Below, piece by piece: positions 1-12,230 of a stretch of 64,000 nucleotides of DNA. The DNA comes from Octopus sinensis (Eukaryota). Position 1 is the first letter of the stretch, and every line of letters begins with the position of its first letter. Made by a program: the position numbers and the translations under genes. Under the pieces are notes generated by a model. The model was not told the origin of the DNA, did no database searches, and saw nothing but the letters and a program-made list of their open reading frames with translations. Where the stretch lies: assembly GCF_006345805.1 (NCBI RefSeq), contig NC_043016.1:31930001-31994000 (forward strand), written 5' to 3'.

Positions 1-261
1 TTGGATTAAAAACCAAAAGATGACAAGAACCGTCATCCATATCAGCCAACCAGAAGTTACATCTTAAAAGTACCTGTAGATATAATAATTACTTTTAAAC
101 AAATTTAGAAATAGCATTTAAAAGCAAACAACAAAACAGGGTTTATACAAATATTTTCATATCAAAAAAGAATCAAAATTATTGAATCAATGAGTTGTCA
201 ATTTTTGTATACCAATAAGTAAATAGCGGCAATTGCTAGCATAAATGGGAAAGGTAAGGGC

Positions 262-389
262 GATCCCCTCGAAAACTATTAAATAAGCAAATTCAACTTA
301 CATGCAAAATAAAATAAGGATATATATATATATAATCCTTTTATTTTGTATATAGTTCAATTTGCTTATTTAGTGACTTTCGAGGATCC
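262..389. repeat. Imperfect foldback (about 60-bp arms) around a (TA)n loop
   Basis: GATCCCCTCGAAAACTATTAAATAAGCAAATTCAAC...AAGGA(TA)n is mirrored by ...GTTCAATTTGCTTATTTAGTGACTTTCGAGGATCC. Confidence 0.75.
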
Positions 390-895
390 GCATGAATATA
401 TCAAAGACATGAAACAGAGTAAAACAAAAATTGTTAAATGATTTTTCCAAGAGTTAAAGAAAAAAAACTTACATACTAGAATACGGTGTTCTTTGAATCG
501 AAGAAAAACCGCAAAACTTTTAGGCGTGTGTGTGTGTGTGCGTGTTTTTTTTTTTGGGGGGGGGTCATTCTAATGGTATGTGCTTCTTTTAAACGGGGGA
601 TAAAAAGTCTTCATATAAGAGAAGAATAAAATTTATTCGACGAACAGAACCGGGGGGAAACTCTGAGTGGAGTGACTTGTGATAATTTCAGTTCTGAATA
701 AAATAATAAAAACAGTTCTTATGTATTTATTGCAAGTTGACAGATAAAAAAACAGGTCCTCGCACGAAGGATGGATGGAGGGAGAGAGAGAGAGGTGAAG
801 GAAAGATAAATAGTAAAAGATCTGTTAGAATTCATGAAGAAAAAAAAAGTTAATAATTAATTTTAAAAGTACCAATTAGAAGATCCGATTCTTAC

Positions 896-918
896 CGTGG
901 AAGTTGTTCAAGAATCAT
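896..918 (-). CDS. Possible first exon of a divergent gene (ATG ATT CTT GAA CAA CTT CCA CG|GTAAGA; MILEQLP...)
   Basis: Strong minus-strand donor (GTAAGA at 895-890) at the edge of the CpG island, with an ATG 23 nt upstream. The protein is not recognised, and the exon could be non-coding. Confidence 0.35.
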
Positions 919-929
919 AAAAAAAAAGC

Positions 930-1896
930 ATCAGAGCCGTTGTCGTTGCTGCCCACAACAACAACAGACCATTTCAGAAAAAAAGCATCGAGCATCGAAA
1001 TGTGTGCCTCTGTTCCTCTGACGTCGACGCAATGTGCTCTCTCTGCCTGACGCCACTTAACTACCGCCCCGCCTCCATAAAATTTCAACACTAACACGCC
1101 CACAATGCATTGCGGTCTCTCCCCTTCCTCCTACTCCTTCCCTGTTTGCTTGTACTGCACTGCACTCACTCTCCTCTCACTGTCCCTCTTTTTTCACCCC
1201 CCTCGCGTTCTCTGTATGTGTCGTTTGCGCTCACTCTCAATTCACTCGCTCACTTACTCGCTCTCGCCGTCTCATTCTCTCCGTTTTCTCCCTTTACTCT
1301 CTTTCTCTTTCTCTCTCTCTTACCACCACCTCCACTAGACGCCATAATAACCAAACACCGAGTTATGGAGAAACACCACTGAAGAAAGGTTGACCTAATG
1401 TCGGGTTGTTTTTTTTTGCCTGCCAGTGTTTCTTTCGTCGTTAAAAAAAAAACTAAGAAAAAAAAGAACACACCACGCCGTGTTTCAGTGTCTTAATGGG
1501 TATCAGTCTGTTTTAAAATGCCGGAAAGCCGTCGATGCAGTTGAAAATTATTCGACTTCGTCGTCTGAGTTTGTCCTAAAAAAGAAAAAAAAAAAGAAAC
1601 ACACACACACACACACACACCAAGAAAAAGGCCAAAACCCCCTGAAGAAGAAAACACCACCAACAACAACAACAAAAGGCCAAACAACACAAAAACAAAA
1701 CAGAAAGAAAGAGAGAGAGAGAGAGAGAAAGAAAGAAAGAAATAGAGAGAGAGAGAGTGAGAGAGAGAAAGCTCTAAAGAAAAAAGAAAAAGAAAGAAAA
1801 CAAGAAGCTTATAATACCGAGTCTCTTCCCCCCCCCCAGATTTTTTGTTTAAGTCTTTATAAAACTACGTAGGAGCAAAGACAAGTAAAGCAGGAT
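930..1896. promoter_or_regulatory. CpG-rich promoter / 5' UTR region of UBL3, possibly bidirectional
   Basis: CpG dinucleotides are frequent here relative to the rest of the window. GC box CCGCCCCGCC at 1064-1073, CRE-like TGACGTCG at 1019-1026 and TGACGCCA at 1048-1055, CT-rich tract at about 1110-1332. The TSS cannot be located from sequence. Confidence 0.65.
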
Positions 1897-1929
1897 ATGG
1901 GGACCAAAGGCCCTATTCCTCGCGATAAG
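1897..1929 (+). CDS. UBL3: UBL3 coding exon 1 (MGTKGPIPRDK)
   Basis: ATG at 1897 in good Kozak context (GAT ATG G), in-frame upstream TAG at 1870-1872, 11 codons, then AAG|GTGAGC donor at 1930. Phase 0 joins exon 2 in frame. The PRDK|ITIRL junction parallels the vertebrate PADM|INLRL junction. Confidence 0.85.
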
Positions 1930-2070
1930 GTGAGCAAAGATCATTAAAGTATTTTCCCTTTCGAATTTAAACACACACACACACACACATAATATTAATA
2001 TATCTATGTATAATGTGTGTGTGTGTGTGTGTGTATATATATTGTTACAAGATTATATATCTATGTTAGC

Positions 2071-2114
<44 letters not shown>

Positions 2115-2380
2115 GTATATATATGATGATGATGATAATGATATCTATTATATGTATTGCCTTGTTTTTTTTCTTCTTCTTCTTCTATGTTTATATGTCT
2201 AATCTGTCTGTGTGTCTTCGACCTTTTCTGTCTGTTTGTCATTTTAAAATCTTTTTCTTTTGTGTGTGTGTGTGTGTGTGTGTGTCTCTGTTTTATTTAT
2301 TACACTACTTAAAACCACTTCTTCTGGTTAAAAAGAAAAGAAAAAAAAACTGATTACAAAGAACAGATTTATTATTATTA

Positions 2381-2412
<32 letters not shown>

Positions 2413-2588
2413 TTCTAAAAAAAAAAAAAGAAAAGGCCATAATATATATAAAAGGAACCTTCTTCTGTGAGAAATATATATACATGCAGCATTCATGTTA
2501 AATTGCTTCCTTTTTCATATTCATATTTTCTCGCTTCTTTCCTTAACTGGGCTTTCAATAACGATGAAAAGCTTTTTTTCAACACACC

Positions 2589-2634
<46 letters not shown>

Positions 2635-3708
2635 AACACCATTAGAAATCTCACAGTTTATTTATAAGGGCCTCTGAATTTTATTTACATACCATCAATT
2701 AACTTAAGCCATTATATACATACATTGCTGTCTTTGCCACGCACTATATATATATATATATATATTCATATATATGTATATAAAATCATACATATATGTA
2801 TTATTTGTGTGTGTGTGTGTGTATATATATATAATCAATATTGCATTAAAAATCGAAGTATTGAATATTTTACTGTGGTGTGTGTCTGATGTTTGTCTTG
2901 GCGTTGATGTGACCTTTATATACATACATACATATATATACATATACATATATGTGTATGTATGTATGTATAACCAATTATATCCATACACATAATCTAA
3001 AGCACACACACACACATTATACATACATACATTTATATATATATATATATATCTATGTATAATGTGTGTGTGTGTGTGTGCATTAGATTATGTGTATGGA
3101 TATAATTGGTTTATATTGAAAATGATAAACAATTATCGTGATGGCAACCACCATCAAGTGTGTTCTTAACTATCTTTGTCTCTCTCCCGACAAGGAAGCG
3201 AAGAATTACACAATCTTTCACTGATACCTTGTGTGTCTGTCTGTCTTCAATATTTCCGTCTCAACTGTTCCGTCTCGTATCTATATATCCTCTCTCTCTC
3301 TCTCTCTTATTATACATACATACATATATATATATATATTTCTTTTATCAGATCATCGTTTTTATTTTAAGAATTCAAGTCTAATCTCACTTGAAAAATG
3401 TTATCAAAACTCGTATTTATTGCATTGTAATTTGCTTAGATTTACTATTATTATTATTATGTTATTGTTATTATTTATTATTGTATTATTATTATTGTTG
3501 TTGTTGTTATTATTGTCATTATCATCATCATTTCGTTTCCTTTCTTTTTGGTTTAGTAGTTGATGTTGCCAATCCTTCCTTCCTTCATGTTGGTGTCTGC
3601 TGTTCGAATGTTGGCTTTAAACTCCTCGCCAACTTCTTCATCGCCAAAGCAAAACCAACAATTACCACTACCTTTTTGTAATATGTATTTCTTCACACAA
3701 AGCCCTCT

Positions 3709-3736
<28 letters not shown>

Positions 3737-3785
<49 letters not shown>

Positions 3786-3966
3786 GTATGTGTGTATAGA
3801 TATGCGTATATATATGTGTGTGTATATATATACACGCGTATGTGTGTATAGATATGCGTATATATATGTGTGTGTATATATATACACGCGTATGTGTGTA
3901 TAGATATGCGTATATATGTGTGTATATATATATATATATACACGTATGTGTGTATAGATATGCGTA

Positions 3967-4000
<34 letters not shown>

Positions 4001-4640
4001 CACGTATGTGTGTATAGATATGCGTATATATGTGTATATATATATATATACACGTATGTGTGTATAGATATGCGTATATATATGTATGTATATATATATA
4101 TATATACGTATGTGTGTATAGATATGCGTATATATATGTATGTATATATATATATATACACACGTATGTGTGTATAGATATGCGTATATATATGTATATA
4201 TATATACACGTATGTGTGTATAGATATGCGTATATATATGTATGTATATATATATATATACACGTATGTGTGTATAGATATGCGTATATATATGTATGTA
4301 TATATATATATACACGTATGTGTGTATAGATATGCGTATATATATGTATGTATATATATATATACACGTATGTGTGTATAGATATGCGTATATATATGTA
4401 TGTATATATATATATACACGTATGTGTGTATAGATATGCGTATATATATGTATGTATATATATATATACACGTATGTGTGTATAGATATGCGTATATATA
4501 TGTGTATATATATATATACACGTATGTGTGTATAGATATTCGTATATATATGTATATATATATATATACGTGTGTGTATGTGCATATATGTATATGTGTA
4601 TATATATATATGTATAAACGTATGTGTGTGTAGATATATA
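3737..4640. repeat. Minisatellite: about 15 copies of an approximately 50-nt unit, core CACGTATGTGTGTATAGATATGCG separated by variable (TA)n/GT spacers
   Basis: Cores counted by eye at about 3783, 3833, 3885, 3941, 4001, 4051, 4105, 4161, 4207, 4261, 4313, 4365, 4417, 4469 and 4519. It is the source of the 292-322 aa H/I/Y/T ORFs. Confidence 0.95.
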
Positions 4641-5398
4641 TATATGTGTGTGTATAAACATGTACGTTGGCCTTTGTGTGTTAACTTAGAGACTGAATTG
4701 TAACCATGTAAATACTACACAATATAATCTATATATTTGGGTTGTTCCATTTACGTTTCTGGCTGAGAGAAGCTAAAAAAAAAATCTTTTTAGCTTCTCT
4801 TTTGCAAGCTCATTATTACAATTTTTACAGTTTCTTGTTGAATTCAGCGTCTGATTTTCTTTCTGTTTGCTTTTTGTCGTGTTATATATATATTTGAATA
4901 TTATTATTTTTCCTTTTTCCTTTCGTTACCATTATTAACTATATATATACATAATGTTCATTCTATCTATCTGTCTATCTATCTCTCTCTCTCTCTATAT
5001 ATATCTATATGTGTGCGTTCTTTGGTTTCGTGAACACACACACACACACGTGCGTGCGTGCGTGTGTGTGTGTGTGTATTAGCATCTTTTTAAGCGCCCT
5101 CAATTCTTCCAACTAAACCTTTCCAGCCGTCATGATATTCTAATTCAGAGATTTAAATGCAGAGAAAAAGCGAAGTGGAAAAATCGTAATGGAAGACGCA
5201 CAGACCGATGTTGAACCGACTTTAAAAAAAAAAAACACGCACACACAACACCGTTTACATAAAAATACAGTTAATAATTGCCTCTTATTAAATGCGGTAC
5301 AATTAAGCTTACTTATCTGTGTGTATTACCGCGCATATATACCTATTTTTGCTCTTTACTGTAAACAATAACCTCTTTTTGACTACTAAAGGTGTGTG

Positions 5399-5400
<2 letters not shown>

Positions 5401-5460
<60 letters not shown>
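5401..5460. repeat. (TA)n microsatellite, about 30 units, representative of many (e.g. 2068, 2594, 9461, 10128, 35231, 39502, 40169, 40641, 60307, 62722)
   Basis: Directly visible. Confidence 0.98.
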
Positions 5461-5465
<5 letters not shown>

Positions 5466-8241
5466 GCGCACACACACAGAGGCCCCATGTCAGTTTGTGA
5501 TGGATTGAGGGTGTGTGGATTCGTTATGTATATAACTAATATATATATCAATGAACTTTGAGGCTAACCAGTTTTCTTGTGGCATATATAGTTCTTTGTT
5601 AACCTACCTACGTGTATATTTCAGGTGCATGCGTGTGCGCGTGTGTGTATATATGTATGTGTAGTTGTGTACATTTGAGGAGGCCTAATTTCCTTTTTAG
5701 TCTTGAAAAATTGCCGTTCGGGGGTCCCCAGAGTTTGATACATGTATCAATTTGATATATATCTCACATACATGTACCTGAAATATACACGTAGGTTTTA
5801 AAAAAAAGAACTATATATATATGTTATGTATATTTCTGATTATGTGAACAAAAAACAAAAAAAATGAGTGAGTGATCATTCATATTCAGTGTTTTTTAAA
5901 TTCAAACTTTCTTTGAAAACGAAATGCTTTGTTTTGGCTGAAATACCTACTGTACTGGAAAAGCATTTTGTAAACAATTTTTTTTTTCTACTGTGAAGAA
6001 GTGAGATAACATTTTGGTCTTTAAAAATATTCCCTCCCACACATCACATTTCAATTTTGGTTTTTATTTTTTTTTATTCCCTCCCAATTCTCTTACCTAT
6101 TTGCCTCTTAAATGTATTGTAGCAGTTTAGTTAAATATTGGTCTATATAATACGCTTGCTTATTTCAACATTACGGAAATCATCTTACCTTCTTTTAGAT
6201 GTGACAGATAGGTAGTCAGTCAAATGTTTTCGTTAATTTTAAAAGACCTAGCTATAAATGATCAACGGTCAGATTTGTCAATTTTCCCATAGTCGTACGT
6301 ACTAATATCAAATACGGTCTTTTACTATGAGTGTGGTGTAATTTTGTTTAATGTAATTAATAATAATTGAAGCTCATAATTGCTATTTATACAAGCATCG
6401 CTGTGTTAAAATACTTCGGCTGGTAAATAAATATGAGAATGGAATTATAAGCTGTGTCCCTAAAAAAAATAAATTATTCCCATCCTAGCTGTTATAATAT
6501 CGTTAATTAATGATGATAGTGCTTGTAAGGGAAAACTAAATATTTAAAAAAATAACAACAACGATCTTGACAGAACAACAAAACCACACCTATATTTTTT
6601 TGTTCGATGTTTGGTATATGAATATAAATGCTTATTTAGTGCATTTATAATTTGAAGCGTGTTCCAGATACTAGTTTATGAATTCGACTTAATAATCAAC
6701 TACTAACGTTGAAAAACAGTTGACATACATGGAAATTGAATATTTAATTTCTTGTGCATTTTTCAATCAGATTCCTCACATGCTTCTTAATCAAATTCAT
6801 CTCGAACCTAGCAGCGTAATGAAAGATGTCAACATATGTATAGTAGGTCTTGAGACTTGAATATGCAGCACATATTTCGGTCTGATCAGAAATGCTTTTG
6901 TATAGATTTAGACATATGGTATGAAGGAATTAAGTTTTGGTTTTACCTTAGACAGGTTGCAATCTGTGAAATACTATTCAGACAACGGATTATTATTGTA
7001 TTATTTTTGATTAGTCTTTCAGGTGTGTAGCTTCATATTTTATATATATAATAGATTAAAACCGATCTTTTAGAATAATTTTATGTTCTGTAATTTTATT
7101 TTTAACTAAAAGCATTTTCTATTGTACAAATTGCATTGCATATCATTCTATAAACCCTTGGAATATGGGTTGTGTTAGTCAACAAACTGAGAGTATTGAT
7201 TATTATTAGTAAGGTTGTCTTCAAAACTAAAAAAGCCCGATGACTAAGTGCAAATCAAAAAAAAAAAAAAAGTAGTAGTCTATAAACAGTGCTGATTTAA
7301 ATCAACTAATAACGATCAACACTCCATGTGATATCTTTTAATACTCGTGCTATTTAAAGGTATCACAAAGTTTCACTTAAAATTTTTTTTTGTGTTTGAG
7401 AAATAGAACGGTCTTATTAATTACAAGACTTCATAGAACTGGTTGTTGCTGAGCTCTTGACTTACATAAGGTAGCCTCAGCACTTACTTATAAGTACGAA
7501 GCAGTCGTTTTTCTTTCCTCATTTAATGAAATTTGTTTTGTTTTTATTGACTTAAATATTAAAATTACATCCATTCCTTAGTTGAAAGAAATGATGTATA
7601 GAAAAAGCATGTATGTCATTTCCTGAATGAACTGGTTCTTTTAAAGTGTATAGAATTGCTGGTGCTTTCAGTGTTGAAATCTCCAATCCTATGTGCTGCT
7701 AGGTTGACGAATGTTCCTTGAAGCGCCTAGTATTAATATTTTCCAGTTAGGTAGGCAATATTCTGTGCATTGATGCCAACACCTGCATTTGTATTTGAAA
7801 TTGTGACATAGCAAACCGTAGTCTCCACTCCCACCTTCCAAATACCTCATTCAGTTAAATACTTGATCTTTTTTGTCTTTGCAGACATACATACACACAC
7901 AATCTTTATTAAATGTAAGATTTCCATCCATGGGTATGCATAATTACAACAACTACTTGCCCAAGTTGCTGCCAGGTCAAACCTGATTTAAATTATGTTC
8001 ATGTATATTTAATTCTTCTTTGTGTACAGTTCATGAGTTTTGTGGTCTCTCCTTGAAGCTATCATATTTTGGAAAGAATTTAGAATATCCTTTTCAATGG
8101 ATAGCCATCAGCAGCTTGGCTTACTTGCAAATACATTAATATTGACAATTACAATTAATATAAAATGCAGCTTGAAAGTAGTACAGTCTTTGCTAAGAGT
8201 TTGTAATACTGTTTTTCTTTTTTTTTTTATTCTTGTTTTGA

Positions 8242-8951
8242 TGTAAGGATTCTATTTGTTTAGTTTGTAAGGTTACTTAGTACTTTAGGTAACACCTGTT
8301 ACATTGTCAGGACATCAGATACTAAACTGGCACACACACCTTTCTAACCTTGCGAATAGGGTTGCTTGCTAGGGACTGTGCTGGACCAAAGCAAGACCTT
8401 TTAAAAAGGACAGACGGACTCAGCATAGTATCAACATCAATGTTTGACCGCAATATCAGTAGTGTATATGGACCATAATAATGCTCAACATGTGAATGAA
8501 TGTACTGTAAGATTAGTTTGGGGAGGATGGTGGATCTATAGTTTGTGTCAACTGAAGTTGCTTAAAATCCAGTATGTATTTGCTCTGGAAACAACAGCAG
8601 CTGCTTGTGTCCCCCCCCCCCCAGTTTCCGTCTGTCAGTATCCAATAGCACAACTGGATGGAGTAGCGACAGTGATTGCATTGTTTCTTCTTTGGTTTGT
8701 CACTATCCTGCTGAAGTAGAACATGTGACTTCGTTAGGATTGCTGTGCCCCTATTGTGAAACCTACATCGCACGTGCGTCAGGAGGACGCCACGTCGGAG
8801 GAAGCTGGCTAAACGTGTAGATTCATAAACTAGAACACATGATAGTTGATACACTGTTAAAGGATGGATTAGATTTGGCAATAATCCGAGTAGATTTATC
8901 CTATTGTGTACTCCGAGTTTCTTATATGCCAATAAATATTAAGAAAACACA
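8242..8951 (+). mobile_element. Possible solo-LTR-like insert
   Basis: GC-elevated, CpG-retaining block. It could start at TGTAAGG (8242 or 8266) and has AATAAA near 8933 shortly before ...ACA (8951). No target-site duplication found. Confidence 0.25.
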
Positions 8952-9456
8952 TCCAAATCTTTTAGGAAAAAACATGAATATTTAATTTTATTACTAAACA
9001 AAGCAATAAATATCACAAATGTTATCCAGATTTACTTATCTTGATTGGTATGTAATGTATATGTTTAGAGGTACAAAGGTATTTTCATTGAATTGTATTT
9101 TTGATCTATTTCAGTGTTTACTAGTTTTTCCAATTGCAATTATATATAATTGGTTGATGGTAAAATAGCACTATCCAGTTTTTAGGAGGATTACCCAGTA
9201 TATCAGTATATTCAGTTTTAATATACTCCTAAATATACATCTGGATTAACACAAACTGGACAATGTGTGTGTGTGTTCATAAATACAGTATAGGTGGATT
9301 GCTTACATTTGGGAACTAGACTTAAAACAATGAGGAAATTGGTCCTGCTTCAAGTCCAATATTCTATTGTCTGAGCTATTATGCAGTAATCGGTTTCAAT
9401 TAGTCAGATGTACTGATGTTAAGCTATCTCTAGGTATTCAATCAGAGAAAGGAAGT

Positions 9457-9513
<57 letters not shown>

Positions 9514-9780
9514 TACACACAAAATTATATATATGAATGTATGTGTATGCATACACATGTAGGTGTACAGTTATGCTTGCATGTGTGTATGTATACATAT
9601 GTATATCAATGTGTATGTATATATGGTGTGTGTGTGTATTTATAAAGTGTTTATGTGTATTGTGGTATGAATGTATTTGTAAGTATGTATGGAAGTTTCT
9701 CTATTTATTTAGCTACATATATATATATGTTTCATATGTATATACATATGTGTGTGAATGCATGTGTATATAAATGAATA

Positions 9781-9830
9781 ACCCATGCTAGCATGGAAAA
9801 CGGACACTAAACAATGATGATGATGATTGC
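9781..9830 (+). mobile_element. RTE-LINE 3' tail fragment (family B)
   Basis: ACCCATGCTAGCATGGAAAACGGACACTAAAC followed by a (GAT)n tail; the same motif recurs about 20 times in the window. Confidence 0.7.
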
Positions 9831-10122
9831 ATATGTGTACATATAGATACATAAATATGTATATTATACACATATATACATACACTTACACACAAGAGCT
9901 CATACTTTGTGTCTGTGTGCATGTATATATATATATATGTATGTGAATGTGTATACCTGTATACATGTTTGCATGTATGGGTATGTATACGTAGATTTTT
10001 AACATCCACTTTTCCACGAATAGATGCTCTCTCTGATGCACATCCTCACTTATTTCTAAGCAATATAATATTTCTTCATGAAAACATTTCCATTGAAAGA
10101 TGTCAAGCCACATGCATGTATG

Positions 10123-10175
<53 letters not shown>

Positions 10176-10176
10176 A

Positions 10177-10282
<106 letters not shown>

Positions 10283-11495
10283 TTTATTAAAGCTGCAAAA
10301 TTTTCACAAAATTGTTATTCAGTTTCATATTTCTGTTCATCGGACCATTGTGCAATGAATTGAAACATGGAATTTTGATTAACAGTTTTGTGATAATTTT
10401 GTAGCTTTAATAAAAGCATATTACTTTACTTTTGGTATTCAAGTACTATTTTTTTCTACTTTGTTTGCACTTATGTGGTCACCTCTGTGTGTATGCATGC
10501 ATGCATATGATATATATACACACACATATATGTATGTATATATATGCATGGAGTCTGGACAGCTCTCCAGATAACTAGATTGGAGAACGGATGTTAAACA
10601 ATGATTGTGATGATACATCTACTTGTACATATATACCTACATGGGTTTATCTTTGTCTTGTTTCTCTTAGTAGGCTGTGGCTCTGCTGGAGCACTGCCTT
10701 CAGTGGTTAGTTATTATTTTTAAGTAAACAAACCAACAGCAGTTACATTTGATCAGTGGGTGGAGGACAAACACAGACACACGTGTGTATGCGTGACTGA
10801 AGCTTGATTCAAAACTTAGTGGTTTTGGTTTCAGTCCCATTGCATAGCACCTTGGGTAAGTGTCTTCTGTAATAACCCTGGACCGACCAAATGCAAGATA
10901 CCTATTGTGTATCTAGATGTGTGTTATTGTCTGGAGTTGTATACCCTTGTGTGATAACTGCAAATGAGCAAAATTATCAGAGAAGCTTTATTGTTTGTGT
11001 CCTGCTTTCCATGGTGAATCAGGTGAAGATTGTGAACAAGGACTACCAACTATAGAACATCTGCTACATGCAAGCATGTAAAAGTGGGTGTTCCATGTAT
11101 GTATATGCATACATACATATATGTATGCATTCATACATGCACGTGTGTGTGTGCATATATATATACACATTCATACATACATATGTATATGTCTATGTAC
11201 CTGTATATATACAAGGATGTGTACATGCTGGTATGTGTATATATTTGCATGTGTGTTCACGTATTCATCTGTCTTTCTTTCTATTCATGTCTTTCTTTCT
11301 ATCCATCTATCTGTCTTTCTATCTATCTATCTATATATATATATATATTTATTTATTTATAAATATTCATATATGTAAGCATTTGTGCAAACGTGTATAT
11401 CAATGTATACATGTATATATATTTGTAAGTATACATGTATAGATGTATGTATATGCATACATATGTTGTATGTTTGTGTTTATATGCATATACAC

Positions 11496-11765
11496 ATCCC
11501 AACCACATGCTTCCTGGTTCAGTCCCTCTGTGTGATACCTTGAGCACGTGTCTCCTACTATAATCCTGGGCCAACTGAAGCTTTGAGTAGATTTCGTAGA
11601 TGTCTGTATCTTTGTGTCTGTGTTTATGTTCCTGTAACTTAGTGGTTTGGCAAAAGAGACTGAAAGAAGCTTAAAGAGAAACTAAGTCCTGGGGTCATTT
11701 CATTCGACTGAAAAGTTTTTGAGGCAATGCCCCAGCATGGCTTCAGTCTAATGACTGAAACAAAT
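11496..11765 (+). mobile_element. tRNA-head SINE, family A
   Basis: Head GGTTCAGTCCC (B-box-like) plus CACCTTGAGCA.GTGTCT, then the family body and GCATGGC..CAGTC.AATGACTGAAAC end. Confidence 0.8.
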
Positions 11766-11798
11766 AATACACGTATATAGAGAGCTGTGTGTGTGTCC

Positions 11799-11836
<38 letters not shown>

Positions 11837-11988
11837 GCGTGTATGTATAGTTATGTGTGTGTGTGTACACTCGCACACACACATGTATGTGTTGTATTTA
11901 TCTATTAGTCTGTTTGATCAAATCACACACAGTTGGGAATGCACATTAGTCTTCAGTTCCTTGACATTGGTAATTATACATGTGTGGT

Positions 11989-12029
<41 letters not shown>

Positions 12030-12230
12030 AATTAGGCATAAGAGGAGCCATATGTAATGGTTGTGTGATATGCATGTAAGAGAACTGTTGCATAAAGAAG
12101 TTCTGATTACTAAATTGGATGGGAACTGCAGAAGCGGGAGATCCAGGTGGACATGGAACGAAGTAACAAAGTAATAAAGTACAGTCTCTGAAATTTGAGA
12201 TGATTGGCAATTTACTGTGCTCAAGAATAC
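12030..12230 (+). mobile_element. RTE-LINE C-terminal fragment
   Basis: Translates to KLGIRG...GNCRSGRSRWTWNEVTK, resembling the RTE motif GRGRPRKTWxEVVK. Confidence 0.55.

Noticed and set aside
1426-1872. 148-aa Lys/Glu/Arg-rich ORF before the UBL3 start
   Set aside because: Non-ATG start and an A/GA-rich low-complexity leader; it ends at a stop upstream of the real ATG.
3553-4661. Long 292-322 aa ORFs rich in H/I/Y/T (also those at 9.9-10.4, 11.0-11.4, 19.7-20.1, 40.1, 60.4-61.3 and 62.8-63.2 kb)
   Set aside because: Translations of (TA)/(CA)/(TG) repeats that lack stop codons; no coding signature.
4766-4805. Rho-independent terminator reading of the hairpin followed by Ts
   Set aside because: Eukaryotic intron; a bacterial terminator has no meaning here.
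8513-8932. 139-aa minus-strand ORF
   Set aside because: No recognisable domain or splice support; lies within the LTR-like island.
9137-9152. Perfect short palindromes (CAATTATATATAATTG; also TTCTTGTACAAGAA near 19754)
   Set aside because: Expected occasionally in AT-rich, TA-repeat-rich DNA.
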